Shown: positions 1-14,498, numbered from the whole stretch's first letter. The stretch is 63,367 nt of DNA, filler included, from Octopus bimaculoides (GCF_001194135.2; 6 parts of 5 records of this genome joined end to end with filler, not necessarily neighbours in it); one strand, 5' to 3'. Made by a program: numbers and translations. Notes: generated by a model not told the origin, from the sequence alone.

Positions 1-740
1 AAACACACAGCAATATATATATATATATTGCTATTATTTGGGAACATTCATCTCGTCACCCGCAAATGCATAAACATATATAAATAAGTTTTGTGTGTAT
101 ATATGTTCATATGTATATATATATGGATGTGTGTATACATACATATATACATATATATCTTTATATATATTTATATATATATATATATAAATACACACAC
201 ACATACACTCACACATACACACATATACCACTGTATACATAAATCTGTTGCGCTCCCAAAATGTACAGAATGGAAAGCAGAGTGTTTAGAAATTATATGT
301 AATATCTCAATAAAAGAAACAAAATGCAGAACAACAAAAGCAAGAACATGAAAACCAATAACAACAACAATATAATCAACAAACAACACAATTGCGCTAT
401 AAATATTATCGTGTTTCTGTGATGACATGCGGTGCTGTATTGGTTTGTGGTTAACGTTTGTGCAGTCTTACTAAAATACCCCCAATTCAGTTAATAGCTT
501 TGAATAACAAAATAAGATGCTTACACAAACATGCACATATATATATACACACAAAAAGATTCACACACATATCTACGCACACGCATGCATTTACATACGT
601 ATACCCATACACTGACTCTTTTGTGGCATGTATGTCAATTCACGTGCTATAATATATACATTTATACATGCATGCATACATACATACATAGATACATACA
701 TACATGTGTGTGTATATATGTATGTAGATATATATATACA

Positions 741-809
<69 letters not shown>

Positions 810-1163
810 NNNNNNNNNNNNNNNNNNNNNNNNNNNNNNNNNNNNNNNNNNNNNNNNNNNNNNNNNNNNNNNNNNNNNNNNNNNNNNNNNNNNNNNNNNN
901 NNNNNNNNNNNNNNNNNNNNNNNNNNNNNNNNNNNNNNNNNNNNNNNNNNNNNNNNNNNNNNNNNNNNNNNNNNNNNNNNNNNNNNNNNNNNNNNNNNNN
1001 NNNNNNNNNNNNNNNNNNNNNNNNNNNNNNNNNNNNNNNNNNNNNNNNNNNNNNNNNNNNNNNNNNNNNNNNNNNNNNNNNNNNNNNNNNNNNNNNNNNN
1101 NNNNNNNNNNNNNNNNNNNNNNNNNNNNNNNNNNNNNNNNNNNNNNNNNNNNNNNNNNNNNNN

Positions 1164-1231
<68 letters not shown>

Positions 1232-1746
1232 GTGTGTATGTATACATACATACACACTTACATACATGCATACATACAAGCATACATACATACATACATA
1301 CATACATACATACATACATACATACGTACATACATACATACATACAACGAACATGTGGGAGAGTGTGTGTGCGAGATGTTTGCGTGCGTATGTGTGTGTA
1401 TATGTTTGTGTGTGTGTGTGTGTATGCGAATTGTCTGGATGTGTATCTGCTTTGTATTCAGAAATTACAAAAGGAACACCCACAAAACTATTTATATATC
1501 ACTCGCCACCTCACATTGAAGTTTGAGCAACATTATTTTGAGAAAAAGCAACTAAATCTCCCTCAAATAACACCCGACTGTCTGTCAAGAGAAAAGATTT
1601 GTAGAAAGATAGTGAGAAGAAATCGAGGAGCTGTGTCAATCTTTCTTTTACTCACTCTTAGTTTGAAAGAATGGAATACAGAAAGACAGAGGATCAGAGA
1701 CACGCATTCTGAGAGGAACATAAATAGGAAAAGAGAGAGAGAGAGA

Positions 1747-1783
<37 letters not shown>

Positions 1784-1947
1784 GAGAGAGAGAGTGAAAG
1801 AGAGAGAAAGAGAGAGAGGGAGAGGGAGTGAGTGAGTGAGAGAGCAATAGTGATGATGGTGATAGTACGTTTGTGTGATGTCAAACTTCCTGCTTTCTTT
1901 CTCTTCAGTGTCTTTCATCTGTCTTTCATCTGTCTTTCATCTGCCTT

Positions 1948-2008
<61 letters not shown>

Positions 2009-2056
2009 NNNNNNNNNNNNNNNNNNNNNNNNNNNNNNNNNNNNNNNNNNNNNNNN

Positions 2057-2119
<63 letters not shown>

Positions 2120-2792
2120 TTCTGGCATGGTGAAATAGAGAATGAGAAAGACACACATCAAGAGAGAGATACAGATTGGCAGAGATGAAGAAGTGAAATG
2201 GTAATGATGGTGGTTACCGAATCAAAAGAAACAAATAAAAGCCTATTGCAGCTTCGTATTAAGTAAACGAAGACTTCTCTCTAGCATTATTTAAGCCGCA
2301 CAGTTTAAGAAGAGATAATTGCTTTATATTCATAGCAACATTAAATAACATATTGGCATACGGTTACGCAACATTTGTCTCTTAATTTATAAAGATGTGT
2401 TTAGAGACTTTAACGTGTCTTTAATGATTAGTTACAATTGTTTCTGTACCAACTCTACTTTTAACGCCAGTTCATGCAAAGTTCTCACATGGAAATTTAC
2501 GTAATATTTGTGGGTTTTAAACATTACAATGGCACTTCCTCAGACTTGCATCAAGGGAGCGCTCTTACATTAAGCGTCTGTCATACTCTGTTTTTGCTTA
2601 TATCGGGAGGAAACAAAAAGTAAATAAAGATGAAACTGTAAATAGACGGTGAAAAGATGGACACTTGAAGCTTTTGCGTGAACTGGAGTCGAAAGCAGTT
2701 ATTGCAGCAACAATTGTAATTGGTCATTAAAGATATGTTAAAGTATTTATTTGTCTTCCCATTTGGATTATATATATACATACATACATACG

Positions 2793-2863
<71 letters not shown>

Positions 2864-3066
2864 TTAGAACTAATTACTAGCCTGCTAGCCTTGGCTATGT
2901 CAAGATGGATTTTTATGTATTCTTCTTCCCACTTGGATTTTAAATGTTGCCACAATTATAATATGTCTATTCTACTGTAATTTTCTACATGTTTGTGCAG
3001 CTGAAGATTGCTCTACATATTGCATTTAATGTAATGCTCGCATTACTTAAATAAATGGAGTAGCAT

Positions 3067-3166
3067 NNNNNNNNNNNNNNNNNNNNNNNNNNNNNNNNNN
3101 NNNNNNNNNNTTAATTAATTAANNNNNNNNNNNNNNNNNNNNNNNNNNNNNNNNNNNNNNNNNNNN
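3067..3166. other. Artificial scaffold-join spacer (44 N + TTAATTAATTAA + 44 N); identical blocks at 14345-14444, 21897-21996, 31801-31900, 59574-59673
   Basis: Five identical 100-bp blocks; the palindromic 12-mer places TAA stops in all six frames. Confidence 0.93.
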
Positions 3167-3262
3167 TTATCTGACCAGCGAAAACATGCTATGAAAATGA
3201 CCGTTAAACAAAGGGAAATTACTATGTGATTGACCACTCAGTGAGGGAAGGGAGTATGTTTA
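3167..3262 (-). mobile_element. Partial copy of hammerhead-associated repeat family H3
   Basis: Reverse complement (GGTCAATCAC..GTAATTTC..TTTAACGGTCATTTTCATAGCA..GATAA) aligns with 15240-15364; cut by the gap just before the ribozyme core. Confidence 0.7.
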
Positions 3263-3360
3263 TATAAAGCCAAGTGTAAGTAGAGACAAATAGCAAACAG
3301 ACTGAGAAAGTGACTAAGAGACAGACAGACACCTAGATCGATACATAGACAGACGGACAT

Positions 3361-3405
<45 letters not shown>

Positions 3406-3634
3406 GAGGGATGGAGGGAGGGAGTGAGGGAGGGAGGGGCTAGGGATAGAGTCTGAGTGAAGCTATAGAAGAAAATCTGTGAGAGAAGCAGATCGAGAGA
3501 TGGGGAGACAGAGTGAAGGGGTGAAAAAAGATAGACAGAATGCGGAGAGAGGGAGAGAGAGCGAGAGTCAGAAAGAAAGATAGAGAGAGAGAGAGAGAGA
3601 GTCAGAAAGAGAGAGAGAGAGAGAGTCAGAAAGA

Positions 3635-3697
<63 letters not shown>

Positions 3698-4407
3698 GTA
3701 GACAGTTCAAATATCAAAAATACACTTAATGTATTTAAAGCAGGAATAAGAAAATGGAAGACGCAGAGAACGAAAGTTTTAGACTAAAATTTCCGTGGAA
3801 AAAAATGCTAAATCTATTCCATCATTATCCGTTCTTTTATTTGTTTCCTTTGATGTTTTCGCATTATTGTTGTCGTTATTGTTATTCATGTTCTTCCTGC
3901 TGTCGTTGTTGCTGCTGCTGCTGCTGCTGTTGTTGTACATCATGTTCTTTGTTTTTTTCTGCTATTATATATCTCTTGCTGTCTTCTTCTTCTCTTCCTC
4001 CTCCTACTCCTTCTTCTTTTTTCTTCTTCTTTCTCTTCTTCTTTCAATATTATTTGGTTAACGTTTGCCTTCTTTATTTTCTAATTCTTCCATGTTTTAA
4101 TTTTCTGTCATTTCTCTAACGCAATACGATAAATCAAACAGAACTACACACACAATATATATATATATATACACATGAAAAATGACGTATTAGTCTAAAT
4201 AAAATTAATACAATGCAATATCAAATAAGTTGTCATATAGATGGATATCTAGAAGAATAATCTTGATTTTTTTTTCTCTTCTCAATATACTGGACATTCT
4301 TGGAGATTTTATTCTCTTCAATAATATGGGATAATATTAAATATCGGAGGAAGTGCGGCGCAAATTGTGAACACTATCATTCAAAATTCCCGTCGGTTAT
4401 CGATATA

Positions 4408-4621
4408 TTGGTTGCAAATTTTGGCAAAAGGCCATAACGTTAGGAGGAAAGGATAAATCGATTACATCGACCCCAGTGATCAACTGGTACTTATTTTACC
4501 GACCCTGAAAGAATGAAAGGTGAAGTCGACCTCGGCAGAATTTGAACTCAGAATGTAAAAACGGACGAAATGCCGTTAAGCGTTTTGCTGGCTGCAGTAA
4601 CTATTATGCCGACTCACCACC
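4408..4621 (-). mobile_element. SINE family E (tRNA-like head, GAGGTCGACTTTGCCTTTCATCC body)
   Basis: Homologous to 8780-8990, 28708-28950, 51005-51204; B-box-like GAGTTCAAATTC. Confidence 0.8.
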
Positions 4622-5834
4622 GGAAACAAAATCTGCGTAATATTTTTATATGTTAAGGCCTTCATGATTCGAGACACCGAGTTTTTAGACGATGTCCGAC
4701 AGATAGAAAACGTGTAGGGCATTCTTGACTAGTTCTCTCCCTTGTTCTGTTGTAAAAATACTGTAACTACCTACTTTGTATTATGCAATGATCTTACAAT
4801 TCCAAGCAATGCCTTACGGTTTCGCCATTTGATTTGTCAACATATGGTTCCGGTTTTCATTCCTGTGTATGGTACTTAGCGCAAGTGTATTCTTGGAGGT
4901 CGACATTTCTAAGTGAAATTGGGTAGATTGTATGAAAGACCTTCAGACAGACTTCATTTATTCATGTCCCATAGTTTTAGCCTTAAATCTACCTTCCTAT
5001 TTAGTTCCAAGTCAGGTCCTTGCACTCTTTTTTGCATGCATTTGCTCCAGGTCCCAGATGTGAGGACAGTTCAACGACTTTGTATACAACTTTCCACATA
5101 TGTAACCTATGTGATGCATCTTCTTCTCATTCCTTCACCCGTCTCGAAAGTCGTTAAAAGATCATAGGTTCTGCAACTCTCCCTTTAACTCTGTGACAAG
5201 CAGCACATAATATTGATTCGATTTCGTGTGGCATCACTTCAAGTATAAGACCTAAACCGATACTAATTACTCGACAGAAAAACTTTTCCTGAGTACGTCG
5301 CTTTATAATATCGTAACGATTTATGGTTCACGTGAGTATATAAATTATTGTTTGTTGACTACATAGTGGCATTATGTATAATATCGCCTTTTCTGTACTC
5401 TGAATGCAACAATACGAAGCACTAATTACGACTGCCGAGCCAAGATTAGCGCGCAAAACAAAAGGTGAGATTCATGCAGTATTGTATTATCTGTCCAATA
5501 AAAAAAGACCCTTTTTCTTAAACTATCTCCAGGAATAGAACGATACACAAAGCAAAGACTTGCTTATGCTTTCGCTCTGTACGTATATGACAAATTAATC
5601 TTCTCCTGGGTGATACACTAATGTATTCATCGTTCTTAGATCGATAACAGAAGCAGCATTCAATTACTGCGGTCAAATATGTTGTCTGCACAACCACCCC
5701 CCAACGCCCTCCATCACCCTAGCACCGTACAAATGGTGTAATTATTTATTGAGTTTCTATGCAATTCTTCTTCGAATTGCAGTTCTACCGTTTTTTAAAT
5801 CTTCTTTCCAATCGACTTTCATTGATTGACATTT

Positions 5835-5881
<47 letters not shown>

Positions 5882-6030
5882 CTCTTCTTCTTCTTCTTCT
5901 TCTTCTTCTTCTTCGTCTTCGCCTTCTTCTTCTTCTTTTTCTTCTTCTTCTTCTCTTTCTTCTTATTCTTGTTCCTCTTCTTCTTCTCCTCCTCCTCCAC
6001 CTCCTGCCCCTTCTTCTTCTTCATCTTCTT
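5835..6030. repeat. Compound trinucleotide microsatellite (GTT)n-(CTT)n-(CTC)n
   Basis: Directly visible. Confidence 0.95.
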
Positions 6031-6226
6031 TTTTGATATTAATAATGTTATGGCGGGGGTCATTTCTTTTCTTGTTACTTTTGTTATTGTTTCCATGTCA
6101 CTTCTTCGAGTCGGTCTCCTGGCTATGAGTTACGCATTCAATTTCACGTTGCAGCCACCGAGGTGTATTCCACACATACACCACAAGACATTCCCACAAA
6201 ACATCTTTTTAATAATATTTCCATCA

Positions 6227-6306
6227 ACCGGCGTATTTCCCCTCATACAAGTCGAAAAGTAAATACCAAAATTTACTGCCCAAAATGGTAGGCCGTCTTA
6301 TACACG
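6227..6306 (+). mobile_element. Possible pogo/Tc2-like DNA transposon end
   Basis: CCGGCGTATTTCCCC..ATACAAGTCG...CGTCTTATACACG resembles recalled pogo-type termini; no partner end seen. Confidence 0.3.
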
Positions 6307-7308
6307 AACACTTTTGTGAAGGACTCAGAATCCCAGGTGTAACACAGCATGATTTGGGAAAATAGTAACGATGTTTGAATGTAAAAACTATATGTTTACG
6401 CTATATATGCTCCGGAAATATTCGATAGACAAACTGAAGCACGTGCATAGAATTAACATCCGTAGAAATTCGGCTAAATAACTGTATTGGCATTGAGTTC
6501 CTTGAACATAATCAATCGACTATTTCTTCTCTTCCGTTGGTTATCTATAAAAGTAAGCGCCAAAGTGATTGTAGAATGAAATTGAATTAAATCCTTCTAA
6601 AGCCTCAGGGATAGGGAGCAGTGACAAAACGTCATCCAGCAGTTCCCAATCTATCCGCGTGCATGAACACATTATATATTTATATATACATATGCATACA
6701 TGCATGCATGTATACATACATACAGACGGTCAGGCAGACAGACAGACAGGCATATATTATATGCTAGAAGATAACATATTTTTCCGGAAGCCATTGTCTC
6801 TAAATCCTTGTCAGAATGTCAACCTGGCGTCATCCTACCACTATCCCTATGCAAGCGTGAATTTATACGTATGTGTGCGTGTGTATGTATGTATGTATGT
6901 GTGTTGTGTGTGTATGTGTTGTGTGTGTATGTGTGCGTATGATAGATAAATAGGTAGATAAATAGTAGACAGACAAACATACAGACAGGTAGCTATATAG
7001 ATAACTTTCTTTACTGGCCACACAGGGATGAACACAGAGGGGATAAACACGAATGTAGAGCCTTTCTTTAAGAAAATGAAGAAGAAAAAGGGGAAAAAGA
7101 GAAAAAAAAGTAAAATTCCGATCAAAAGGGTGGGAAAAAAATTAAAAAATAAGAGGCGATCAGAAGGGATCGTGTATCACAGAAGAAATTTTTTAAATGT
7201 AAGAAGGAAGCTTAGGTATATCCATGGAAAGAAAAGCCTACGGAAAAGACCACGGTAACCTCAAACAGGGAGGCAATGAACAAATGAGAGCAAAGTGCTC
7301 TCTCTCTA

Positions 7309-7393
<85 letters not shown>

Positions 7394-7430
7394 CTATCTC
7401 TCTCTTTTCGATTTACAGGATCATGCTCAA

Positions 7431-7479
<49 letters not shown>

Positions 7480-8779
7480 CAGTAGCTCATGTACCCTGTT
7501 TTTTATTCATAAAATAATTCATAGCACCGAGTACCTGCAGCTTTCTCTCAGAGACATCATAGCCATTTTAGATGAACGAAAATTATCAGGCCTCAATTCA
7601 TGTATACTTACTTACTTTTTAGCCAACAGTATGTATGTAAGAGTCCCAACTTCGTGATATTAAAATATCTAATATATCAAATCTATATATAAATTCAGTA
7701 GTTTTCCATTCACCTCCAAATGCTGCCTTTTAAAAATTTGGTGAATGGAGAAAACTTCATAAAGTACCCTGCTTCTCCTTCACATAAACAACAAAAGGAA
7801 ACGCATTCTTGAAGCAGACAGTCACTTATGTATCTTAATATACTAATGCAATTCTATCTCTTAAACATTCATTTGGAATCCGGTGCTTAGGTTCGGTTTT
7901 ATCTTTGGTGCAGCAGATGAGAAATAAATCTTATTTTATCGGAGATAATATTGCGAGAAAGTATAGGAGTATGTGCCCATTGAGTAGGATCACTGAATAT
8001 AAATACAATGTTACTAATGTAATTAACTTCTTGAGTAACTGAGCTGGTAACACAATATCTTATCCTATCTTTCTTTCGAAACATTTCACCTTTACTTGCA
8101 TCGAACGATATTAGGAAGTTCGGGTTGTGTGGAATCTTGCTATTACTTACCTTAGATTTATGGAACTGCTTGAACGAAACCCATCGGAGCAATGAAGGAG
8201 AACGAACTATCTTATGACATCAGCCAAGTCTATTTACCCTTGATATTTACTGCTTCAAGAACTCTAGCAGCGAATACTAATTGTCTTATTATAGACACAA
8301 TGAGCTGTCAAGGTTTCAATTGCTAATCTGACATAATATAAACAAAAACAGCCACTACATGACTTTACAAGACGGACAACACTAATGTGTGGATTACAAT
8401 TTAAGGTTTAATGATACAGCGTTGCAAGACATTGCAAGTAGTTAATGGATAAGCTACTTGCTGCGTTTGAATAGCTTAGATTATAAGAGGTGTGTTCGTT
8501 CAGAAAACAATGTATACATTGCTGGCAGTCGCGGTGATAGTTGCTATAAATAGGATAATGTTCGTGTATTTGTTGTAGCTGGATTGTCTTTGTGGTGGTG
8601 ATGGTGATCGTGAAGGGATTGATACTGATGAGACAAGTGATGGTTACGCTTACAATGCTTTTGGGACTATAGAGGTAGGCAAGGAAAGAAAGGACTCACG
8701 TTAGTGAAGCTAACAAGGAAAGGCACGCCGTTTTTAATCATGCTACAACAGTAATTAAATTGTTAGTGAATAATAATAT

Positions 8780-8990
8780 TTATAACAAATTTTGGCACCA
8801 CGTGAGCAATTCCGGAAGAGGGGTAAGTTGATTGCATCGACTCCAGTACTCAGCTGGTATTTATTTTATCGACTCCAAAAGGATGAAAGGCAAAGTCGAC
8901 CTCGGCGGAATTTGAACGCAAAACTCAGACAGAAGAAATGCGGGTAGCTGTTTTGCCCGTCGCGCTAACAATCTTGCCAGCCCATCGCTT
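8780..8990 (-). mobile_element. SINE family E copy; extra tail fragment at about 9003-9070
   Basis: GGATGAAAGGCAAAGTCGACCTCGGCGGAATTTGAAC matches other family E copies. Confidence 0.8.
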
Positions 8991-10304
8991 TAAAATGACA
9001 AAATCCTTTTCTACCCTTAGGCAAAAGGCCCGAAATTTTGGGGAATGGGGCCAGTCGATTAGATCGATATGAGCACGCAACGGGTTTGATTTTATATAAT
9101 CCGGGGGTCTATTTAGCAAAGGATGCAAAAGTAATATTTTTAGAATGCCAGAAATCTAGAGGAGATGCAGGTTATTGCTGGAGGGGCATAAAACATATGA
9201 GAGCAGCACACATTTGTTTCTTGCAATTACTTGAAGAAAGTTAACAAATAGTGTTTAATCAAACTGTACAAAAATGTAGTTCTTCATAATGAAGTATTTA
9301 TGGTCGGTTTTAGGTGAGATAGAATAATAGTGGCATTGATTGAGTAACCAGCCGTAGCAAAAAACAAATGAATTTGCTGTCGAGGCCAAGATCTGGTCTT
9401 GGATTCCCAAGTGTATATATACATACACACATACATATGTGAGTCTGTATATATATANNNNNNNNNNNNNNNNNNNNNNNNNNNNNNNNNNNNNNNNNNN
9501 NNNNNNNNNNNNNNNNNNNNNNNNNNNNNNNNNNNNNNNNNNNNNNNNNNNNNNNNNNNNNNNNNNNNNNNNNNNNNNNNNNNNNNNNNNNNNNNNNNNN
9601 NNNNNNNNNNNNNNNNNNNNNNNNNNNNNNNNNNNNNNNNNNNNNNNNNNNNNNNNNNNNNNNNNNNNNNNNNNNNNNNNNNNNNNNNNNNNNNNNNNNN
9701 NNNNNNNNNNNNNNNNNNNNNNNNNNNNNNNNNNNNNNNNNNNNNNNNNNNNNNNNNNNNNNNNNNNNNNNNNNNNNNNNNNNNNNNNNNNNNNNNNNNN
9801 NNNNNNNNNNNNNNNNNNNNNNNNNNNNNNNNNNNNNNNNNNNNNNNNNNNNNNNNNNNNNNNNNNNNNNNNNNNNNNNNNNNNNNNNNNNNNNNNNNNN
9901 NNNNNNNNNNNNNNNNNNNNNNNNNNNNNNNNNNNNNNNNNNNNNNNNNNNNNNNNNNNNNNNNNNNNNNNNNNNNNNNNNNNNNNNNNNNNNNNNNNNN
10001 NNNNNNNNNNNNNNNNNNNNNNNNNNNNNNNNNNNNNNNNNNNNNNNNNNNNNNNNNNNNTACACACATACACACATACATATATACATACATACATACA
10101 GATATAGATACACAAATACATATATATTTGAGTGTGTGTGTGGTATGTCAGTGTGTGTGGTTGTTTGTAACACACTGTTCTTCTTTATGGTTTTCTTATT
10201 GAGTTTTCTCGTGTGTATATGCGTCCTTGTGTACATAGATGTAGGAATTGTTCTAAAACTCGATGCTTGTCTGTATACACTGATGTATGTTGAATTAATA
10301 CTAC

Positions 10305-10460
10305 ATGGCTGTGTGGTGAAGAAGTTTGCTTTGCAATTTAACCCTTCAATTCCGTCACACGGCATCATGTGTGTCTTCTACTAGTGCCTCGGTTCGACCA
10401 ATGTATTGAACATGAATTTAGTTGATGGAAAGTCTATGTGAAAGCCTGTCGTATATACAT
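10305..10460 (+). mobile_element. Old 5' half of SINE family A
   Basis: GGCTGTGTGGT...GTGTCTTCTACTA..GCCTCGG..GACCAA...GCCTGTCGTATATA matches family A with many substitutions. Confidence 0.55.
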
Positions 10461-10465
10461 ACATA

Positions 10466-10846
10466 TACAGAGTGTACCAAAAGTGGGTTTCAATTTTTAA
10501 TAACTTCCTTAACTTAACAAATACATACATGAAATTTTGATAAAATATAAAGGACATAATGGAAATTAATATGCATAAGGCAAATTTTGCAACACCTCTA
10601 CATCACATATGAGAAATGGCATCGCTTAAATGGCAGCCAATTTCGGTTTCGCATGCCCGTGCTCTTTCCAGAACTCGCACCTTAACACCCTCAATAGTTT
10701 CATACCCTAATTCTATGATTTCTCTATTCAGTTGCACCAGGGTCTCCGGTTTCTGGACGTAAACCTTTTTTCAGGTATCCCCACCAGAAAAAAAACCGGG
10801 CAAGTGAAGTCTGGGGAACGTGAAGGCCATTCAAAGTAGACCTCAC
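10466..10846 (-). mobile_element. Tc1/mariner-superfamily transposase 3' relic with terminal inverted repeat
   Basis: ORF 10728-10910 encodes WPSRSPDFT.P.FF (WPxRSPDL motif); ends in TACAGAGTGTACC, a Tc1/mariner-like terminus. Confidence 0.75.
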
Positions 10847-10995
10847 ACATGGTTCCTGTATGACGGGGCAACTGCTCATACCGCCAGAGAAACAATGCAG
10901 TTGCTACCACAGTACTTTGAAGAAAGAATAATCTCCCGCTACGGCCATGTCAACTGTCCTTCATGTTATCAGAGATTGAAACCCATCCTTGTTTT
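10847..10995 (+). mobile_element. Second Tc1/mariner transposase relic, opposite orientation
   Basis: ORF 10820-11125 contains WFLYDGATAHTARETMQLL...ERIISRYGHVNCPS (WFQQDGATAHTA...ISR..V.WP motif). Confidence 0.75.
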
Positions 10996-11264
10996 CGTAT
11001 ACATTCGCTGGTTTCTTCCAAGGAATCTAATGCTCTTAGCCTGGTTTTTCCTTGGGGTTGGCCAGATTGGAGCAATCTCGAGTATAACCAGCCGAAATTG
11101 CAAAGATATTCTGGAACTCGACTGAGGAAAGAAACCTCCGAATGACCCGTCCTTCTTTTCCTATCCCTTTTTGTATAATCTGTCTGGATCTTTTGCTGTC
11201 CCTATTTTTGCATCATCTGTCAGGATGTTTTGCGTTCTTGTCCCATTTTTTGTATTCCTTTTTT

Positions 11265-11324
<60 letters not shown>

Positions 11325-11409
11325 CATTGCATTGTTTTGCACCTATGTTTGCGAGCTACAAATCTGCTTACGTCACATTAATCTCAGTTTATTCTGCATC
11401 ATATATTCG

Positions 11410-11456
<47 letters not shown>

Positions 11457-11996
11457 CTGTGTGTGTCACATGGTGTGTTAAACTCTAACTTCTGTGAGAC
11501 TATTAACAAAACAAACAAAAAAGAAAAACCTACTGCTTGTGAGAAGAAAAGAGAAAAACAAACACATAACTACTTAGTAATTGCAAGTTATTTAACGTTA
11601 AGTCAGAAGGCGAATCAACCGTCATTGCAAGAGAGCCATATTGATTTTTGTTTGTTGTGTAGATTTTTTTTTATGTTTCATCTGTTTTTATTGTCTTTAT
11701 GGTTTATTTCCATAATTAACTGGCTTTAGTCATTTAAAATGGAATCGGTAAATTGTTTTGATACAAACACCACATAATCATTAGTAGCTAATTACAACGC
11801 GTGTGTATGTGTGCATGTATGTATGTACATATGTATGTATGTATATATGTATGCATGTATGTATGTACGTATGTATGTATGTATGTATGTACGCACGTAT
11901 ATATATGATATACATGTAGGTTTGTGTACGAGTTTCTATAGCTATTGTGTGTAGTGTATATATATATATATATATATATGTGTGTGNNNNNNNNNN

Positions 11997-12058
<62 letters not shown>

Positions 12059-12150
12059 TGTGTGTGTGTGTGTGTGTAATAAAACAAACAACATTGTGGT
12101 TTATTATCTTATTACATATTGTGAAATAAGCCATCCTGCACTTGTATTTC

Positions 12151-12194
<44 letters not shown>

Positions 12195-12245
12195 ATATTT
12201 ATATATTTATATTTATATATATATATATGTACGTATGTATGTATA

Positions 12246-12291
<46 letters not shown>

Positions 12292-13117
12292 TACATACAC
12301 AAATGTATATACATATGTATACATAAACATATACATATATATACATGTGCGTGTGTATACATAATTATATGTACAAGTATACACATAACTCTCTATGAAA
12401 GTAGATGCATATATACATACATACATACCTATACACCTACATGCATACATACATACATACATACATACATACATACATACATACATGCATACATACATAC
12501 ATATACATGCACACAGACTTACACGGTCGTTTGACGTTTCCTTCTAGTTACCTGCAGTGGAAGCTTTATTGAAATTGTTTAAGGAACTCGATGCTGATTC
12601 TCTAGAACAGAATGATTAAAAGAGTGTTATAGGTTTCAGACTGACAGACACAAGCAGGGAGACAGACAAGATGCTGTGCACTAAGAACGTCAGTAAGATA
12701 ATTTCAGAATTAGTTTTAAAGATTAGAATGCAGAAGGGAAAGAGGTGGAAAGCCGGCTGATATGTAGAGGGAATTGCAGGAGAAAAAGCAGGGATGTAAA
12801 AGAAAAAAAGTAGGAAGATATAGCAGGAAGATAAATGACTGTGATGAGACATAGGTAAAGCAAAGACAAGCAGACAGAGAGGGAACTAGATAATCACACA
12901 GGCAGATGAGCAGACAAACGGACAGACAGGCAGCCAGCCAGACAGACAGACAGGTAGATAGATAGATGATAGACAGAAAGACAGAGAGAAATACAGACAG
13001 ACAGAGGCACACACAAACGGGGACACACACAGATATACATATATATATAAAGAGAGAGAGAGGGGGAGAGAGAGGGAGATGGAGAGAGAGAGAGGGGGAG
13101 AGAGGGAGAGAGGGAGA

Positions 13118-13148
<31 letters not shown>

Positions 13149-13248
13149 GGGGAGAGCCTATTGCTTAATGCTTATGGGTCTTCCACTGAGGATTGTCAGG
13201 TCGTAGTTTCAGGCCGTGCTGAGGAAGGCTTTCGTGTTTCTATGCTTT

Positions 13249-13276
13249 CTACTACTACTACTACTACTACTACTAC

Positions 13277-13310
<34 letters not shown>
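13249..13310. repeat. Zero-spacer palindromic microsatellite (CTA)n(GTA)n
   Basis: Perfect palindrome centred on CTAG at 13276-13279. Confidence 0.95.
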
Positions 13311-14002
13311 NNNNNNNNNNNNNNNNNNNNNNNNNNNNNNNNNNNNNNNNNNNNNNNNNNNNNNNNNNNNNNNNNNNNNNNNNNNNNNNNNNNNNNNNNN
13401 NNNNNNNNNNNNNNNNNNNNNNNNNNNNNNNNNNNNNNNNNNNNNNNNNNNNNNNNNNNNNNNNNNNNNNNNNNNNNNNNNNNNNNNNNNNNNNNNNNNN
13501 NNNNNNNNNNNNNNNNNNNNNNNNNNNNNNNNNNNNNNNNNNNNNNNNNNNNNNNNNNNNNNNNNNNNNNNNNNNNNNNNNNNNNNNNNNNNNNNNNNNN
13601 NNNNNNNNNNNNNNNNNNNNNNNNNNNNNNNNNNNNNNNNNNNNNNNNNNNNNNNNNNNNNNNNNNNNNNNNNNNNNNNNNNNNNNNNNNNNNNNNNNNN
13701 NNNNNNNNNNNNNNNNNNNNNNNNNNNNNNNNNNNNNNNNNNNNNNNNNNNNNNNNNNNNNNNNNNNNNNNNNNNNNNNNNNNNNNNNNNNNNNNNNNNN
13801 NNNNNNNNNNNNNNNNNNNNNNNNNNNNNNNNNNNNNNNNNNNNNNNNNNNNNNNNNNNNNNNNNNNNNNNNNNNNNNNNNNNNNNNNNNNNNNNNNNNN
13901 NNNNNNNNNNNNNNNNNNNNNNNNNNNNNNNNNNNNNNNNNNNNNNNNNNNNNNNNNNNNNNNNNNNNNNNNNNNNNNNNNNNNNNNNNNNNNNNNNNNN
14001 NN

Positions 14003-14043
<41 letters not shown>

Positions 14044-14464
14044 CGTATATACATATATATATATGTCGGTGTGGTATGGCTTCGAGCACGCGGTGTGTGT
14101 GAGTGTGTGTGTGTGTGTATGTGTGTGTTGGTGTGAGTGTTGGTGTGTGTGTTGGTGTGTGTGTTCTTTAATTCTTTTTTCTGATGCCAGTCATTATGTA
14201 CCGGACATTAATAGACAGCGGATTAGTCGATCAGATCAGGCATGAAAATTAAGACACACACACACACACAAACACACACACAAACACACACACACACAAA
14301 TACACACACACACACGCACATATATATGAATATATATATAGAGANNNNNNNNNNNNNNNNNNNNNNNNNNNNNNNNNNNNNNNNNNNNTTAATTAATTAA
14401 NNNNNNNNNNNNNNNNNNNNNNNNNNNNNNNNNNNNNNNNNNNNAGACACACAGAGGCACACAA

Positions 14465-14498
<34 letters not shown>

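Noticed and set aside
34-2200. Long ORFs such as [16 protein letters not shown] and poly-X here and across the window
   Set aside because: Translations of di/tri/tetranucleotide microsatellites and N gaps; open in several frames on both strands
4640-5185. Possible very old CR1 3' relic on minus
   Set aside because: Only fragmentary resemblance (YMWKV); cannot be supported without alignment
8582-8673. Short open frame between AG and GT on plus
   Set aside because: Weak splice sites, low-complexity peptide, no partner exons
12525-12575. GAAACGTC on minus as a hammerhead
   Set aside because: No CUGANGA or paired stem II upstream
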